The notes beneath the pieces are model-generated. The model saw only the letters and a program-made list of their open reading frames with translations. It was not told where the DNA came from and did not search any database. This document shows, in pieces, positions 1-12,500 of a stretch of DNA of 64,000 bases. Origin of the DNA: Selaginella moellendorffii (Eukaryota > Plantae > Lycopodiophyta); contig NW_003314290.1 in NCBI RefSeq assembly GCF_000143415.4, positions 186,001 through 250,000 of the forward strand, written 5' to 3'. The position numbers and the translations under genes are program-made. Numbering within the stretch: the stretch's first letter is position 1; each line of letters starts with the position of its first letter.

Positions 1-130
1 GGGATAGATTGAGTTTTTGAGCATATAGACAAAGAGCGAAAGAACAAAAATATAGAATAACACCCGAGTGTCAAGTTAAAACAAGAGGATATTAAAAAGT
101 CCTAGAGTATCTAGTATTTCAATGCCAAGA

Positions 131-306
131 TGTAAATAATTAAAGAGAATAATTTAAAAAGATGATTTATTAGGGTTCAAATATAAAGAGAAATTGCTCA
201 TGAATAAAAATGCATTCCTTTTTCAATTGGTTGAATGTCTTGAAATATTTAGTGAGTAATATTGGGTTAGATGAACTCCTAGGAAGTCCAAATTCAAAAG
301 TGTATA
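131..306 (+). mobile_element. Highly degenerate Cassandra-type solo LTR
   Basis: Colinear with the 195-bp LTR at 19764-19958 (tgtaaataattaaagagaa...gggttcaaatata...ggaagtccaaattca), with many G>A/C>T changes; no TSD seen. Confidence 0.7.
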
Positions 307-431
307 GGAGGATATGGATACTCCCCTAATATCATTAACATATAAGGCATGATTACAAGATTAAATATCCTTAGCAAAAAATACATAAAAGTTCTTATTC
401 TATATTTATCTTATATTCGTGATATTCTCCC

Positions 432-1407
432 TATAAGACACAAATCTTTAAGCCTCAAACTGGAGCCAAAAGTGTGCTACATGGTAGTGGTCAAAGAAGA
501 AGTCTAGTAAGCATAATATATTTAGACCAAAAGTTTTGACTTGGAAAGTCGAGAGTGCAAGTGAAACTCCCAATAAAGTGTTTAAGAAATGAGTATGAAA
601 CAATTGATGAATGAGTCTCTAAAAAGGGACACAAGAAGGATTGACATATAGTAAGCGTCATGACACATTGAAGTGTTAGGACCAAGTCTGAAAAGGAGTC
701 TAAGATGAAATTTGAGTCTGAGGTGGAATTCAAGATGGACTCAAAATGGAGTCCAAAATGGAGTTTGAAATGGAGTTCGGATGGAGGTTGAAATTAGGTT
801 TGAGATGGAGTTCAAGACTGGGTTTGAGACTAAAACTGAGATCGAGACCAAGACTAAGTCTTAGTTTGAGTCCAAGTTCAAATTCAAGTCCAAGTCCAAG
901 CTTGAGTTCGAGACTGAGTTCAAATACTAATATATATTATAGGGTGAAAGCCCAAAACAATCATTCCTTGAGGGGTGCAGGGGATATTCCAAAAGTATAA
1001 CAGGGAGAGTATGGGGGTTGAACTCTAATAAAACCAATTTGGCTAGGAAAGGCTAGTATGACCTAGAAAGGTTATAATTATGTGGTGGGTGATGATATAA
1101 CTAATAAAGAGTTTAAGGCTAGAGTGAATACGGATGAACAAGTGGGGTAACTTGGTGAAGTGTTCAAGAGTTGGTTCTAACTCTCCCGGGAAATCAAATG
1201 GTCAATACTCCCAATTTAAGTGTGGGTGGCACTATTTACTTAGATACCTGGTGTGGCTCATCAAAGCTTCACTTTAGCCACATGGCTAGGGCACATAAAG
1301 GTGGAAGGTGGGGGAAGTACTTATGAGGCTTATATAGCACTATGTTGTTTCAAAATGCGTTCTAAAGTCCTAGATTTTGTAAAGAAGAGGAGCAATCCTT
1401 TTGTATA
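432..1407 (+). mobile_element. Old degenerate family-A LTR, interrupted at 1408 by another A LTR
   Basis: tataagacacaaatc resembles the LTR start TGTGAGACACAAAATC; decayed GAGTCC repeats; gggtgaaagcccaaa motif near 941. Confidence 0.75.
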
Positions 1408-2099
1408 TGTAAGTGACTAAATTTTCCATTCTACTTTAGTTATTTAATCACACCTTTGACCATTTGGAAGAGTCTTACTTACAATCTTTATAAATTTTAT
1501 TCCCGACTTAGGGACATGCTAGCCCCGTGAATGGCATTTATTACCAAATGCTCTACATGTTCAATCCTACCAACACCCCAAAGGTACCATTAACATCTCA
1601 ACCCATTACACTAAGGCCATGTCCATTTACCCTTATTTCATTAGTAGTTCAAAACCACTATTATCATAGTCCCATCTCTCCAAGATTGGGTCATCTATCC
1701 ATAAGTGGTCATTCTAGGATCACACTTTAGCATCCTTTGGATGCTCGGAGACAAGGGGAACACCCTTCCTCAATGTCCCTTTTTTAGTTCCTACCAAATC
1801 CCTCTTCATCCATGGCCATTTTCACCAACACTGCACTGAGTTAGGGCTTGAAGGTCCAACCACTAAGTCCCATTAACCTCTGGGACTTCCTCACCACGTG
1901 ATTATGCCTTTGGTCACTATGTAAGAGGATTGTTCCTCTTCTTTTCCACAGTCTAGAACTTTGGGATAACATTTTGAAACACTATAGCCTTACACAAGCC
2001 TCATGAGTACTCTCCCCACCTCCCACCTTTGGGTGCTCTAACTATGTAGTTAAAATGAGGTTTCAATGAGCCACGGCAAGTATTCAAATAGGTAATGCC

Positions 2100-3326
2100 C
2101 GACACACTCCTCGAGGCAGGGGGTCCCCAGCAGATGCCACAGGTCATGAACGATGAAGTAAAAGGACGAATCCGGGTTCTGAGACAGACAACAACTCGGA
2201 CAGAAGTGGTAGAGTCACCATGCTAGCTAGAAGGAGATGGATGACTAGTATGGTGGAGGAAAGAGTTAATAGAAGACCTGGACTAGGACCCAGCAGCGTG
2301 GAGACGTAGGGCGAACAGCTTCTTCACTTATGAGGTCAAGGATGCATGGAACGGTTTGGTGGTGAACAGGGAATTTGAGAGAGAAGAAATCCCATGACTG
2401 TGGCAAAAGTGGATTGTGCTAGGAGTGGTGGCGGACCAGGTGATTGACAACACTGTGGCATTCTAGAAACTACCGATCCAGGAAAAATCAAAGGTAACCT
2501 CTTGGCTCGTGGCGACGAATGGGCTGCCAGTAGGCCAGTGGTTTCAAGCGGAGAATGCTCGCAGGTGTTCGGAATGCGGGGAACTGGAGACAGTCACACA
2601 CCTCCTTTGGGAATGCGACGTGGCCAAGGAGATGTGGAGGCAGGTAGCAAAAGTGACGAAGGAACTAGGGGACAAGCAGGATTTTGAAATTCAAGAAGGG
2701 GATGTCACCCAATGGTTTCTAGAGGCAAGGGGACCATGCACAGGAGCAGCTTGGCGGAAGATCAGGTGTTGGGGACGCTCAGGATGGGGCACCCGAGTTA
2801 GGTGGGATGCGGTAGGAGCCGAAATCAGGACCACAGTATGGGAGGCCCTGGGACGGACGAGATGGGAGGTATGGCGGGCTTCTGGGGTATAGGCACTCTA
2901 GGAGGCTCGGAACTGCAAGCACTTCGAAGGGTAGAGTGCTCAGATTTCAACGATCATGGCGAATTGGTGGAGGCTCACACTGGCTGCTATCTATTTGAGG
3001 GACATGCTGCTCCAGGAGCATGGGAAAAACAGGGAAGCACTCATAGCTTGGTGACGACTATGGACTCCGTGCTACGAAACTGAACACGAGGGGGAGGTCA
3101 AGTGGAAATGGAGACCTTCGGACACGGTAACAAAGGAGGCTCGATGTGGCGATCTGGCACTGGATGCACTGCGGAGGCAATGACCACAGCAGCCACGATT
3201 GGAGGGCAGTGGTCACTATTAGGTGGAGAATTGCAGGACAGTGTAGTTGAGTGAACAACACTGAGGGATTCTTGGTTTTTTGTATTAGTCCCTAAGGGAC
3301 TTGGAGAAATGTACATACATGTTGCA
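2100..3326 (+). mobile_element. 5'-truncated, decayed L1-like LINE (ORF2 C-terminal zinc-knuckle region)
   Basis: 16-bp TSD TCAAATAGGTAATGCC at 2084-2099 and 3327-3342; ORF 2509-2892 has CSECGELETVTHLLWEC (zf-RVT-type motif); stops elsewhere. Confidence 0.85.
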
Positions 3327-6300
3327 TCAAATAGGTAATGCCACCCATACTTGGATTGAGAGCATCGACCATCCGATCTTCTAAGGGAGTTAGAGTTGGC
3401 TCTTGAACACTTCACTAAGTTATCTTATTTGTCCATCTGTGTTCACTTTAGCCTTAGACTCCTTAATAGTTATATCATCACCCACTATGTAGGTATAGCC
3501 TTTCTTGGTCATATTGGCCTTTCTTGGCTAAATTGGTTCCACTGGAGTCCTCCCTTTACTATCCTTTTAGAGCTCACTAAACCCCCAAGGGTCTGGTGTA
3601 AGTGACCAAATTTTCTATTTTACTTTAGTCACTTAACCACACTTCTGACTATTTGGAAGAGTCTTATTTACAATTTCCATAAGTCCTTTTTTGAACTTGG
3701 GGCTTGTTAGCCCCAAGAATGGCATCTATACCACTCAACTTTTGCACTTGGTCCAAGTGCTCCATGTGTCCGATCCCATGATCGATACCTAAAGATACCA
3801 CCGACATCTCAACCTGTTACACTAAAGTCATGCCCATACACCTTTGCCACACTAGTGGTCTAACACTACCTACATCATAGTCCTGTCTCTCAAAGACTAG
3901 GCCATCCATCAATGAGTAGTCATTCCAGATCCATTCCTTCACATCTTTAGGATGCTCGGAGAACAACCTTCCCCAATATCCCTTTTTCAGTCTTCACCAA
4001 ATCCCTTTTTGTCCATGGCCGTGTTTGCCAACACTAGCATTGGGTCAAGGCCCACTAGCCCAACCACTAAGTCCTACTATCCTTTAGGACTCTTTCATCA
4101 TGTGACCATATCCTTGGTCACTACACCAAAGGATTGCCCCTCTTCCTTTCCACAGTCTAGGACTTTGGGGCAATATTTTAGAATACTGTGGCCTTACACA
4201 AGCCTCATAGGTACTCTCCCCACCTTCTGCCTTTGGGTGCTCTAACTATAGGGCTAGAATAATGTTCTATTGAGCCATGTTAGGTATCCAAGTAGGTAGT
4301 GCCACCCATGCTTGTGGACTGAGAGCATCGACCATTCAATCTCCCGAGGGAACTAGAGCCGGCTCTTGAATATTTCACCAAGCTACCCTGCTTGTCAGTC
4401 TATATTCACTCTAGCCTTGGACTCTTTAGTGGATATATCATCACCTAGCACATGGGCATAGCCTTCTTGGGTCACACTAGCCTTTCCTGGCCAAATTAAC
4501 TCCACTAGGTTCCATGCCACTCAACCTTTGCACTTGGTCAAAGTGCTCCACGTGTCCAATCCCATGATCAACACCTAAAGGTACCACTAACATATTATCC
4601 CATTACGCTTAGGCCATGCCCATGCACCTTTGCCATATTGGTGGTCCAACACTACCTGCATCACAATCCCGTCTCTCAAATACTAAGCCATCCGTCCATG
4701 AGTGGTCATCCCAGATCCATTCCTTAGCATCCTTAGGATGCCCGCAGACATAAGGAACAGCCTTCCCCAATATCCCTTTTTCAATCCCCACTAAATCCCT
4801 TTTTGTCCATAGCTGTGTTTGCCAACATTGCCATTGGGTCAAGGCTCACTAGCCTAACCACTAAGTCCCACTATCCTTTTGCACTCCCTCACCATGTGAT
4901 TGTATCCTTGGTCACTACACCAAAGGACTGCCCTTCTTCCTTTCCACAGACTAGGGTTTTGGGACAACATTTCGGAACACCATGACCCTACGCAAGCCTC
5001 ATGTGAGACACAAAATCCTTAGGCCCCAAAGTAGAGCCGGAAAGGGTGCCACGTGGTAGTGGCTGAAGCAAGAGCCAAACGAGCGTAACACGTTTGGACT
5101 AAAAGCTCCGACTTGAAAAGTCAAGAGCAGGAGTGGAACTCCCAACGAAGTGCTCGAGGAACGAGCACGAAGCGAGCAAAAAGCGAGGCTCCAAAAAGGG
5201 ACCCAAAAGGACCAACACATGACACGTGGAAGTGTCCGAGATGGACTCGAGTTGGAGTCCGAAGTGGAGTCCGAGATGGACCCGAGTTGGAGTCCGAAGT
5301 GGAGTCCGAGATGGACCCGAGTTGGAGTCCGAAGTGGAGTCCGAGATGGACCCGAGATGGAGTCTGAGATGGAGTCCGAGATGGAGTCCGAGATGGACCC
5401 GAAATGGAGTCCGAGATGGAGTCCGAGATGGAGTCCGAAGTCGAGACTGAGACCGGGACCGAGACTGAGACCGAGACCGAGACCGGGACCGAGATCGGGA
5501 CCGAGAACGAGACCGAGGCCGAGGCCGAGACCGAGGCCGAGGCCGAGACCGAGCCCGAGCCTGAGTCCGAGCCCGAGTCCGAGTCCGAGTCCGAGTCTGA
5601 GTCCGAGTTCGAGTCTGAGAGGGTGAAAGCCCAAAGCGTTCGTCTCCCAGACCCTGGGGGGTTTGGTGAGCTCCAAAAGTATAGTAGGGGGAGGACTGCA
5701 GTGGAGCCAGTTTGGCCAGGAAAGGCCAGTCTGGCCCAGGAAGGCCGGACCCAGTGTTGGGTGATGAGCTGCCCACTGGGAAGTCCAAGACTAGAGTGAA
5801 CACAGACCGACAAGCGGGGTAGCTTGGTGAAGTGTTCAAGAGCCGGCTCTAGTTCCCCCGGGAGATCGACTGGCCGATGCTCCTAGTCCAAGTGTGGGTG
5901 GCACTACCTACTTGGATACCTGGTGTGGCTCAATGGAACCCGCTCTAAGCCCATGGCTAGAGCACCCAAGGGCAGAAGGCGAGGAGAGTACCCAGGTGGC
6001 TCGCGTAAGGCCACGGTGTTCCGAAATGTTGTCCCAAAGGCCCAGACTGTGGAAAGGAAGAGGAGCAGTCCTCTGGGGTAGTGACCAAGGACACAGTCAT
6101 GTGGTGAGGAAGTCCCAGAGGACCGTGGGACTTAGTGGTCGGGCCTGTGGGTCTCGATCCAGTGGCAGTGTTGGCAAACACGGCCAGGGGCAGGAAGGGA
6201 CTTAGTGGGGACTGACAGAGGGATATTGGGGAAGGCTATTCCCCTTGTCGGTGGGCATCCTAAGGATGCTAAGGAGTGGATCTGAGATGACCACTCACGG

Positions 6301-6616
6301 ATGGTTTGCCTAGTCTTGGAGAGCCAAGACGGTGATGCAAGTGGTATTGGACTACCAGTGTGGCAAAGGTGATTGGGCATGGCCTTAGCGTGACGGGCTG
6401 CTATGTCGGTGGTACCTTTGAGTGTCGGTCATGGGATCGGACATGTGGAGCACTTGGACCAAGTGCAAATGTTGAGTGGCATGGATGCCATTCTCGGGGC
6501 TAGCAAGTCCTAAGTCTTGGATTGGACTTATGGAGGTTGTGAATGAGACTCCTCCAAGTGGTCAGAGGTGTGGTTAAGTGACTAAAGTAGAATGGAAAAT
6601 TTAGTCGCTTACAACT

Positions 6617-6628
6617 TGGTATCGGAGC
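6617..6628 (+). promoter_or_regulatory. Primer-binding site (tRNA-iMet type) of family A
   Basis: TGGTATCGGAGC 3 nt after the LTR end; one mismatch to canonical TGGTATCAGAGC. Confidence 0.9.
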
Positions 6629-9096
6629 TGTTCCTTAATCCGACTTTTATTGGTGTTCAAGTATATCACCACTAGTGTTGGCATCGGAAGGTCCGAGGAG
6701 TGGGCCTATCCTTGAGGAGTAGCAAGTCGGGAAGACATGGCTCTCCATTACAGTTCATGTGTGAATTTGTAGACGAGGTGGTGGATAGAAAAGGGCCAAT
6801 AATGGAACGACTTTGGGATCTTGGGAACAGTGCAGGGTTTTCCTCATTGAGTTGAGGATGTGATCCGGATGAGCATTTGTCTCAGCAAATTGGCTAAGGT
6901 TGTTGTGGTAAACAACTAAAGTTGGGATCACGGGAAAGATAAAGACTCCAAAACAATAAAGGAGTCACAAGATTATCCTCATATAGTTGAGGTTGGTGCT
7001 CATGAATGTGAGACCAGAGGTAATGACCGTGGGAGGTCAAATACGAAAGAGGACTCAAATCCTTGAAATGGTAGCCGGGGCTACCTTTAATAAATGTTGG
7101 AACAACCCAAGGAGTTGGGGGGTGTACTTAGAGATGAGTGGTATTCTCATCGCATGGACAAGTAGTCCTAAGGGGAAAAAGTTGCCCCCAGAGAACAAAA
7201 TCAAGTGTCGGAGTAACACTTGTGAAAATAGTCCTTTTGAGTAGGACAGGAATGCAAGAAGTGTATTCCAGTGAGCTAGTGCCTCACAAGTAGGACCTTA
7301 AAGGTCTGTGGATTAACCAAGTCCAAAACTGCTGATGACTCAAGTAGAGTCAAGGGATGGTCCTAAAAGGACTGATGGAAGCATTTGGACTGAGGTGTGT
7401 TGTATCCCACAAAGGATGGGGGGGGATCATAGGATCCAAGGATGAGAACAGAGGGTATCTCATCGATGGCAAAATGTGCCATGCTAAAGTTATGGGAAAG
7501 GTGTTTTCAGAAGAAAACAACTTTGACACAAAGTTGTGTGTGACCTTTATGGTGAAGTGCTAACGGATGGTTGGCATGAGAAAGAGCGGTGTTGGTCTTG
7601 GCAAAGACATAAACACGAAGGGGAAGTGTCATAGAGGTAGGCTCGTGGAGCCGATGGTGTAGAGACACCAAATGTGCCAAGGTGTGATACCTTGAGGCTA
7701 TGTTGGTGGGTTCATGAGAACCCTTTGCCAAAGGAATCCTAATGGAAATGGGAATGGCATAGCCTAAGTTGCAGAGCATGCAGTTGGAGTGTGGTGACCC
7801 AGATAATGATGGAGGTGTGAAAGCACCAAACAATGAGTTGTAGGACTTGACAACTATGAGGCAACTAAGCAAGAGGTGCAAAATAACTGGTTAAACGGGT
7901 AGAAGGTAGCTACCCAAGACTTCTTAATAGCATAGGGATGTCGGATACATTCTTACGGGGGATAAGTTGTTTGTGTTGCGATATAGTAAATCAATGTCAT
8001 AAAAGGAAATACTCATTGTCAAGAAAGCCATCATTGGGACACCCGAACACTTTAGAACACCAGAAGGTGGTGTTTGATGTCGCGAGGGCAATGGATAAAG
8101 CCCAAGGGACTAAGTCCCTAGCGAATGATGGATAGAAGGTGCTATCCAAATGTCCAAGGTTGTGGAGACAGGAGAGGACTGTCTACCCGAGTTGGACAAA
8201 ACCAAGAATGGAATTTTGGCAAGGTTAGTGATGGGCATGTAAAGGCCCATAAGCAACAATGTAATCCCAGTGTGTGGGATTATAAGGTGAGCATACCCGG
8301 ATTGAGGAACCACTCCTTGGGCTATTGGGTAGGTTCATCCCTAAGAATACTTGCTAAGGCATGATAGAAAGTGCAAAGCTATCCTCCTGGTCTGGAGGAG
8401 AATAACCAAAGGAAACATATGGGGCCAAAAGGCAAGTAGTATTGGGATGGAACTGAACCATAGAAATCGAAGGGCATAACCAAGGTTGGTTATGCCAGCT
8501 GGGAGTGGAGAATCAAGTGGGGGCTCGAGGGTGTTGCCGCTAGCAACCGTGATGCCATGGAGAGTCTAAAATATGGAATTGTCCATGTTAGACTATGTGG
8601 CAATTGGAAAGCTTGCAAAAAGGGAGGCCTTAGCAAGCTAAGGGACAGAGTTCCTTCAAGGTTCCCAAAGATGATTCTAGGTAGCTTAGTACCTAGAAAG
8701 GCCAAGTGTAAATGGTTCATAGAACGCGCGAAATCAGAGTAGCACAGCAGAAGCGTGGTCTTGAAGCTTGCCATGAGGCAAGGCTGTCAAGGTTAGGGAA
8801 GTAGTTCCCGAGTGTTCAAAGAGAGGGCTTTGAACGAAAGTTGATGGTTAAGGACTTCCACGCTTATGCATGAACCATGTTACGATGGCCGGATGACTTG
8901 CTAAGTGAGATTGGCAAGTTGGGGGGAACAAATACCCTAGTTGAAGGTGCTAACTTCAAAAAGGGTGGCCCATAGGGCCAATCATGGAGGAGCCTATGCA
9001 TGATTACAGATATGTCAAGTGAGAGAACTTGGCAGTGTGGGGGAACTAGGTTCCTAAGCTGTGATCTGTAACGCGCTTTAAAAATAAGTTGGTGCA

Positions 9097-9504
9097 CTGG
9101 CGTGGGGAGTCACGCCAGGCATCTTGTGTGATGCCGTCTGTAGATGCATATACGGAGGTTGGGTTCGAGTCCCGACCCTCTAGTGCTTGGGTTCGAGTCC
9201 CAAATCACTAGGGCGTGGTGATGGTTTGGAATATGAGGACACTCATATTTCGGTGGTCATGGACTCTCAGTGGGGAGACTGGTTTGGGCACACCGCCAAG
9301 CGAGGGATGCCTCGGAGTCGTGATGCACGGTTATATTGTTTAGTGTGAAAGCTCGGCATATCTAACTTGAACGCTTTGGTGCAAGTGGCACCAAGGACGT
9401 GGTGAGTGAGATGGGGACACCTAATCTCAGTTGCTATGGACCCTTGGCCGGAAGGGCTGGCTTGGGCGCACCGCCAAGTGTGGGGGATGCCCCCGGGGTC
9501 GTAG
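9097..9504 (+). other. Putative structured cis-acting RNA domain (hairpins, two GGTTCGAGTCC T-loop-like stems, two four-way-junction modules)
   Basis: Stems with compensatory changes between the two modules and against element B 45587-45830. Confidence 0.7.
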
Positions 9505-12500
9505 TTAACAAGTTAAAGGTCTGGAAGACCTAGTACCTATTGGCAAACCTGTTAAAGTGCCGAGGTGAGATCACTAGGTGATTTTGTGGCTAAATAAGGA
9601 CAAGGTCCTTGTTTGGGTTAAGGAATAAGGTTCTTAGTTCAAAGTGTTGATTTGAACTATTGATGATGGTGTGGCTTGGTCAAGGTGACCAAGTGGGAAA
9701 AGCACCTTAGGGAAATGAGCTATGTCATTGCGATGGCATAGTGTGTCCAAGGAAAGTAGTCTTTAAAAAGACCCATGAGAGGGTCACAAAGTTGGGCCGA
9801 GGATAGAGCCCACAGCAGAAGATGCTAAAAGAGACTTACTAAGGGTGAACACCCTAGTATTGGCAAAACAGAGCCTTTGCTATGGAATCAAAAGAATACC
9901 TCAAGGAAGGAGGTAGAGATTCGGTGTTACTTGGTGCAACAATCAACGGATAGGAGCAAAAGATGAGTGGCCAAGATAGGGCCGTGGAATCCCTTGGAAG
10001 GAATCCAAGTGGCAAAGTTAGGCGAGGAACACTAATGTGTTAGACGCTAACAAATTGCGGGAAAGGAAGTGTGTTTCCAAGGATGGATTCTGAATTGCTC
10101 CGATTTGGCGAAAGTGGAAGCTCCAAGGGAGGGAGCGGTAAGGTAGCCAAATGATAGGGCCATGGACAGCCCTAGCACAAAGTATGATAAATGGAACTTA
10201 GTGCCCAAGGTGGCACGAAATAGAAGAGAGGATGATGGTGCCCTCAAGTAAAGAACTTCCTAAGATGAGGAAGTGGAGTTGTACAAAAAGTGCAATGCAA
10301 GGTGTTAGAGACACCTAGGAAATTGACTTCCAGAAGGCAAAGAGTAAAAGTTCCAAGGTGCAAACGTTCCATAGATGGAAATTGAGACTACTCGAGAAGG
10401 AGTAGTGGGATTGACTTAGAGAAGGGTCTCTAAGAGGTTTAGCGAGAACTAAACCAATAAAAGGAGAGAACCATTACATGTGGTCCAATCAATCTCTAAG
10501 TTGGAGAGACTACCCTCCTTAGAGGATAGGCAAGGCATGGTGAGCCTTTGGTGTCAAACCATTGAGGCATATGCAAAAGGCATGGTGAGCCTTCAATGTC
10601 AAACCATTGACAAATATTGGCTAGGTGCCAAGGATGGAAATGGTAACACATGCGAGTGTTACTTTACAAAATGGTTTACCGTTCGATGAGGACATCGAAC
10701 TTCGTCTATGGGTGGTGGAGTTGTGAGACACAAAATCCCTAGGCCCCAAAGTGGAGCCGGAAAGGGTGCCACGTGGTAGTGGCTGAAGCGAGAGCCAAAC
10801 GAGCGTAACACGTTTGGACCAAGAGCTCCGACTTGAAAAGTCAAGAGCGGGAGTGGAACTCCCAACGAAGTGCTCGAGGAACGAGCACGAAGCGAGCAAA
10901 AAGCGAGGCTCCAAAAAGGGACCCAAAAGGACCAACACATGACACGTGGAAGTGTCCGAGATGGACTCAAGTTGGAGTCCGAAGTGGAGTCCGAGATGGA
11001 CCCGAGTTGGAGTCCGAAGTGGAGTCCGAGATGGACCCGAGTTGGAGTCCGAAGTGGAGTCCGAGATGGACCCGAGATGGAGTCCGAGATGGAGTCCGAG
11101 ATGGAGTCCGAGATGGACCCGAGATGGAGTCCAAGATGGACCCGAGATGGAGTCTGAGATGGAGTCCGAGATGGAGTCCGAAGTCGAGACCGAGACCGGG
11201 ACAGAGACCGAGACCAAGACCGAGACCGGGACCGAGATCAGGACCGAGAACGAGACCGAGGCCGAGGCCGAGACCAAGCCCGAGCCCGAGTCCGAGCCCG
11301 AGTCCGAGCCCGAGTCCGAGTCCAAGTCCGAGTCCGAGTCCGAGTTCGAGTCTGAGAGGGTGAAAGTCCAAAGCGTTCGTCTCCCAGACCCTGGGGGGTT
11401 TGGTGAGCTCCAAAAGTATAGTAGGGGGAGGACTGCAGTGGAGCCAGTTTGGCCAGGAAAGGCCAGTCTGGCCCAGGAAGGCCGGACCCAGTGTTGGGTG
11501 ATGAGCTGCCCACTGGGAAGTCCAAGACTAGAGTGAACACAGACCGACAAGCGGGGTAGCTTGGTGAAGTGTTCAAGAGCTGGCTCTAGTTCCCCCGGGA
11601 GATCGACTGGCCGATGCTCCCAGTCCAAGTGTGGGTGGCACTACCTACTTGGATACCTGGTGTGGCTCAACGGAACCCGCTCTAAGCCCATGGCTAGAGC
11701 ACCCAAGGGCAGAAGGCGAGGAGAGTACCCAGGTGTCTCGCGTAAGGCCACGGTGTTCCGAAATGTTGTCCCAAAGGCCCAGACTGTGGAAAGGAAGAGG
11801 AGCAGTCCTCTGGGGTAGTGACCAAGGACACAGTCATGTGGTGAGGAAGTCCCAGAGGACCGTGGGACTTAGTGGTCGGGCCTGTGGGTCTCGATCCAGT
11901 GGCAGTGTTGGCAAACACGGCCAGGGGCAGGAAGGGACTTAGTGGGGACTGACAGAGGGATATTGGGGAAGGCTATTCCCCTTGTCGGTGGGCATCCTAA
12001 GGATGCTAAGGAGTGGATCTGAGATGACCACTCACGGATGGTTTGCCTAGTCTTGGAGAGCCAAGATGGTGATGCAAGTGGTATTGGACTACCAGTGTGG
12101 CAAAGGTGATTGGGCATGGCCTTAGCGTAACGGGCTGCTATGTCGGTGGTACCTTTGAGTGTCGGTCATGGGATCGGACACGTGGAGCACTTGGACCAAG
12201 TGCAAATGTTGAGTGGCATGGATGCCATTCTCGGGGCTAGCAAGTCCCAAGTCCTGGATTGGACTTATGGAGGTTGTGAATGAGACTCCTCCAAGTGGTC
12301 AGAGGTGTGGTTAAGTGACTAAAGTAGAATGGAAAATTTAGTCACTTACACCTCATAAGTACTCTGCCCACCTTTTGCCTTTGGGTGCTCTAGCCATGGG
12401 CTAGAGTGAGGTTCCATTGAGCCATACTAGGTATCTAAATAAGTAGTGCCACCCATGTTTGGATTAGGAGCATCAACCATTCGATCTCCCCAGGGAACTA

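Larger units (their letters stand above)
5002..12350 (+). mobile_element. Complete non-autonomous LTR element, family A (LARD-like): LTRs 5002-6613 and 10722-12350, ~4.1-kb non-coding interior
   Basis: TGT...ACA LTRs, TSD CCTCA (4997-5001, 12351-12355), PBS TGGTATCGGAGC 6617-6628, PPT ATGGGTGGTGGAGT 10708-10721; no gag/pol ORF. Confidence 0.95.

Noticed and set aside
5613-5640. Hammerhead ribozyme (CTGAGA-GGGT GAAA GCCC-AAA), as in retrozymes
   Set aside because: Core lacks the CUGANGA spacing and the G of GAAA, and CTGAGA is absent in B and older A LTRs
4999-5839. Long RS-, SD-, LG- and ET-rich ORFs in every A and B LTR
   Set aside because: Open in many frames on both strands because the hexamer arrays lack stops; not SR proteins
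9155-9205. tRNA gene or SINE suggested by GGTTCGAGTCC B-boxes
   Set aside because: No A-box, anticodon arm or acceptor stem in tRNA geometry; treated as part of the structured domain
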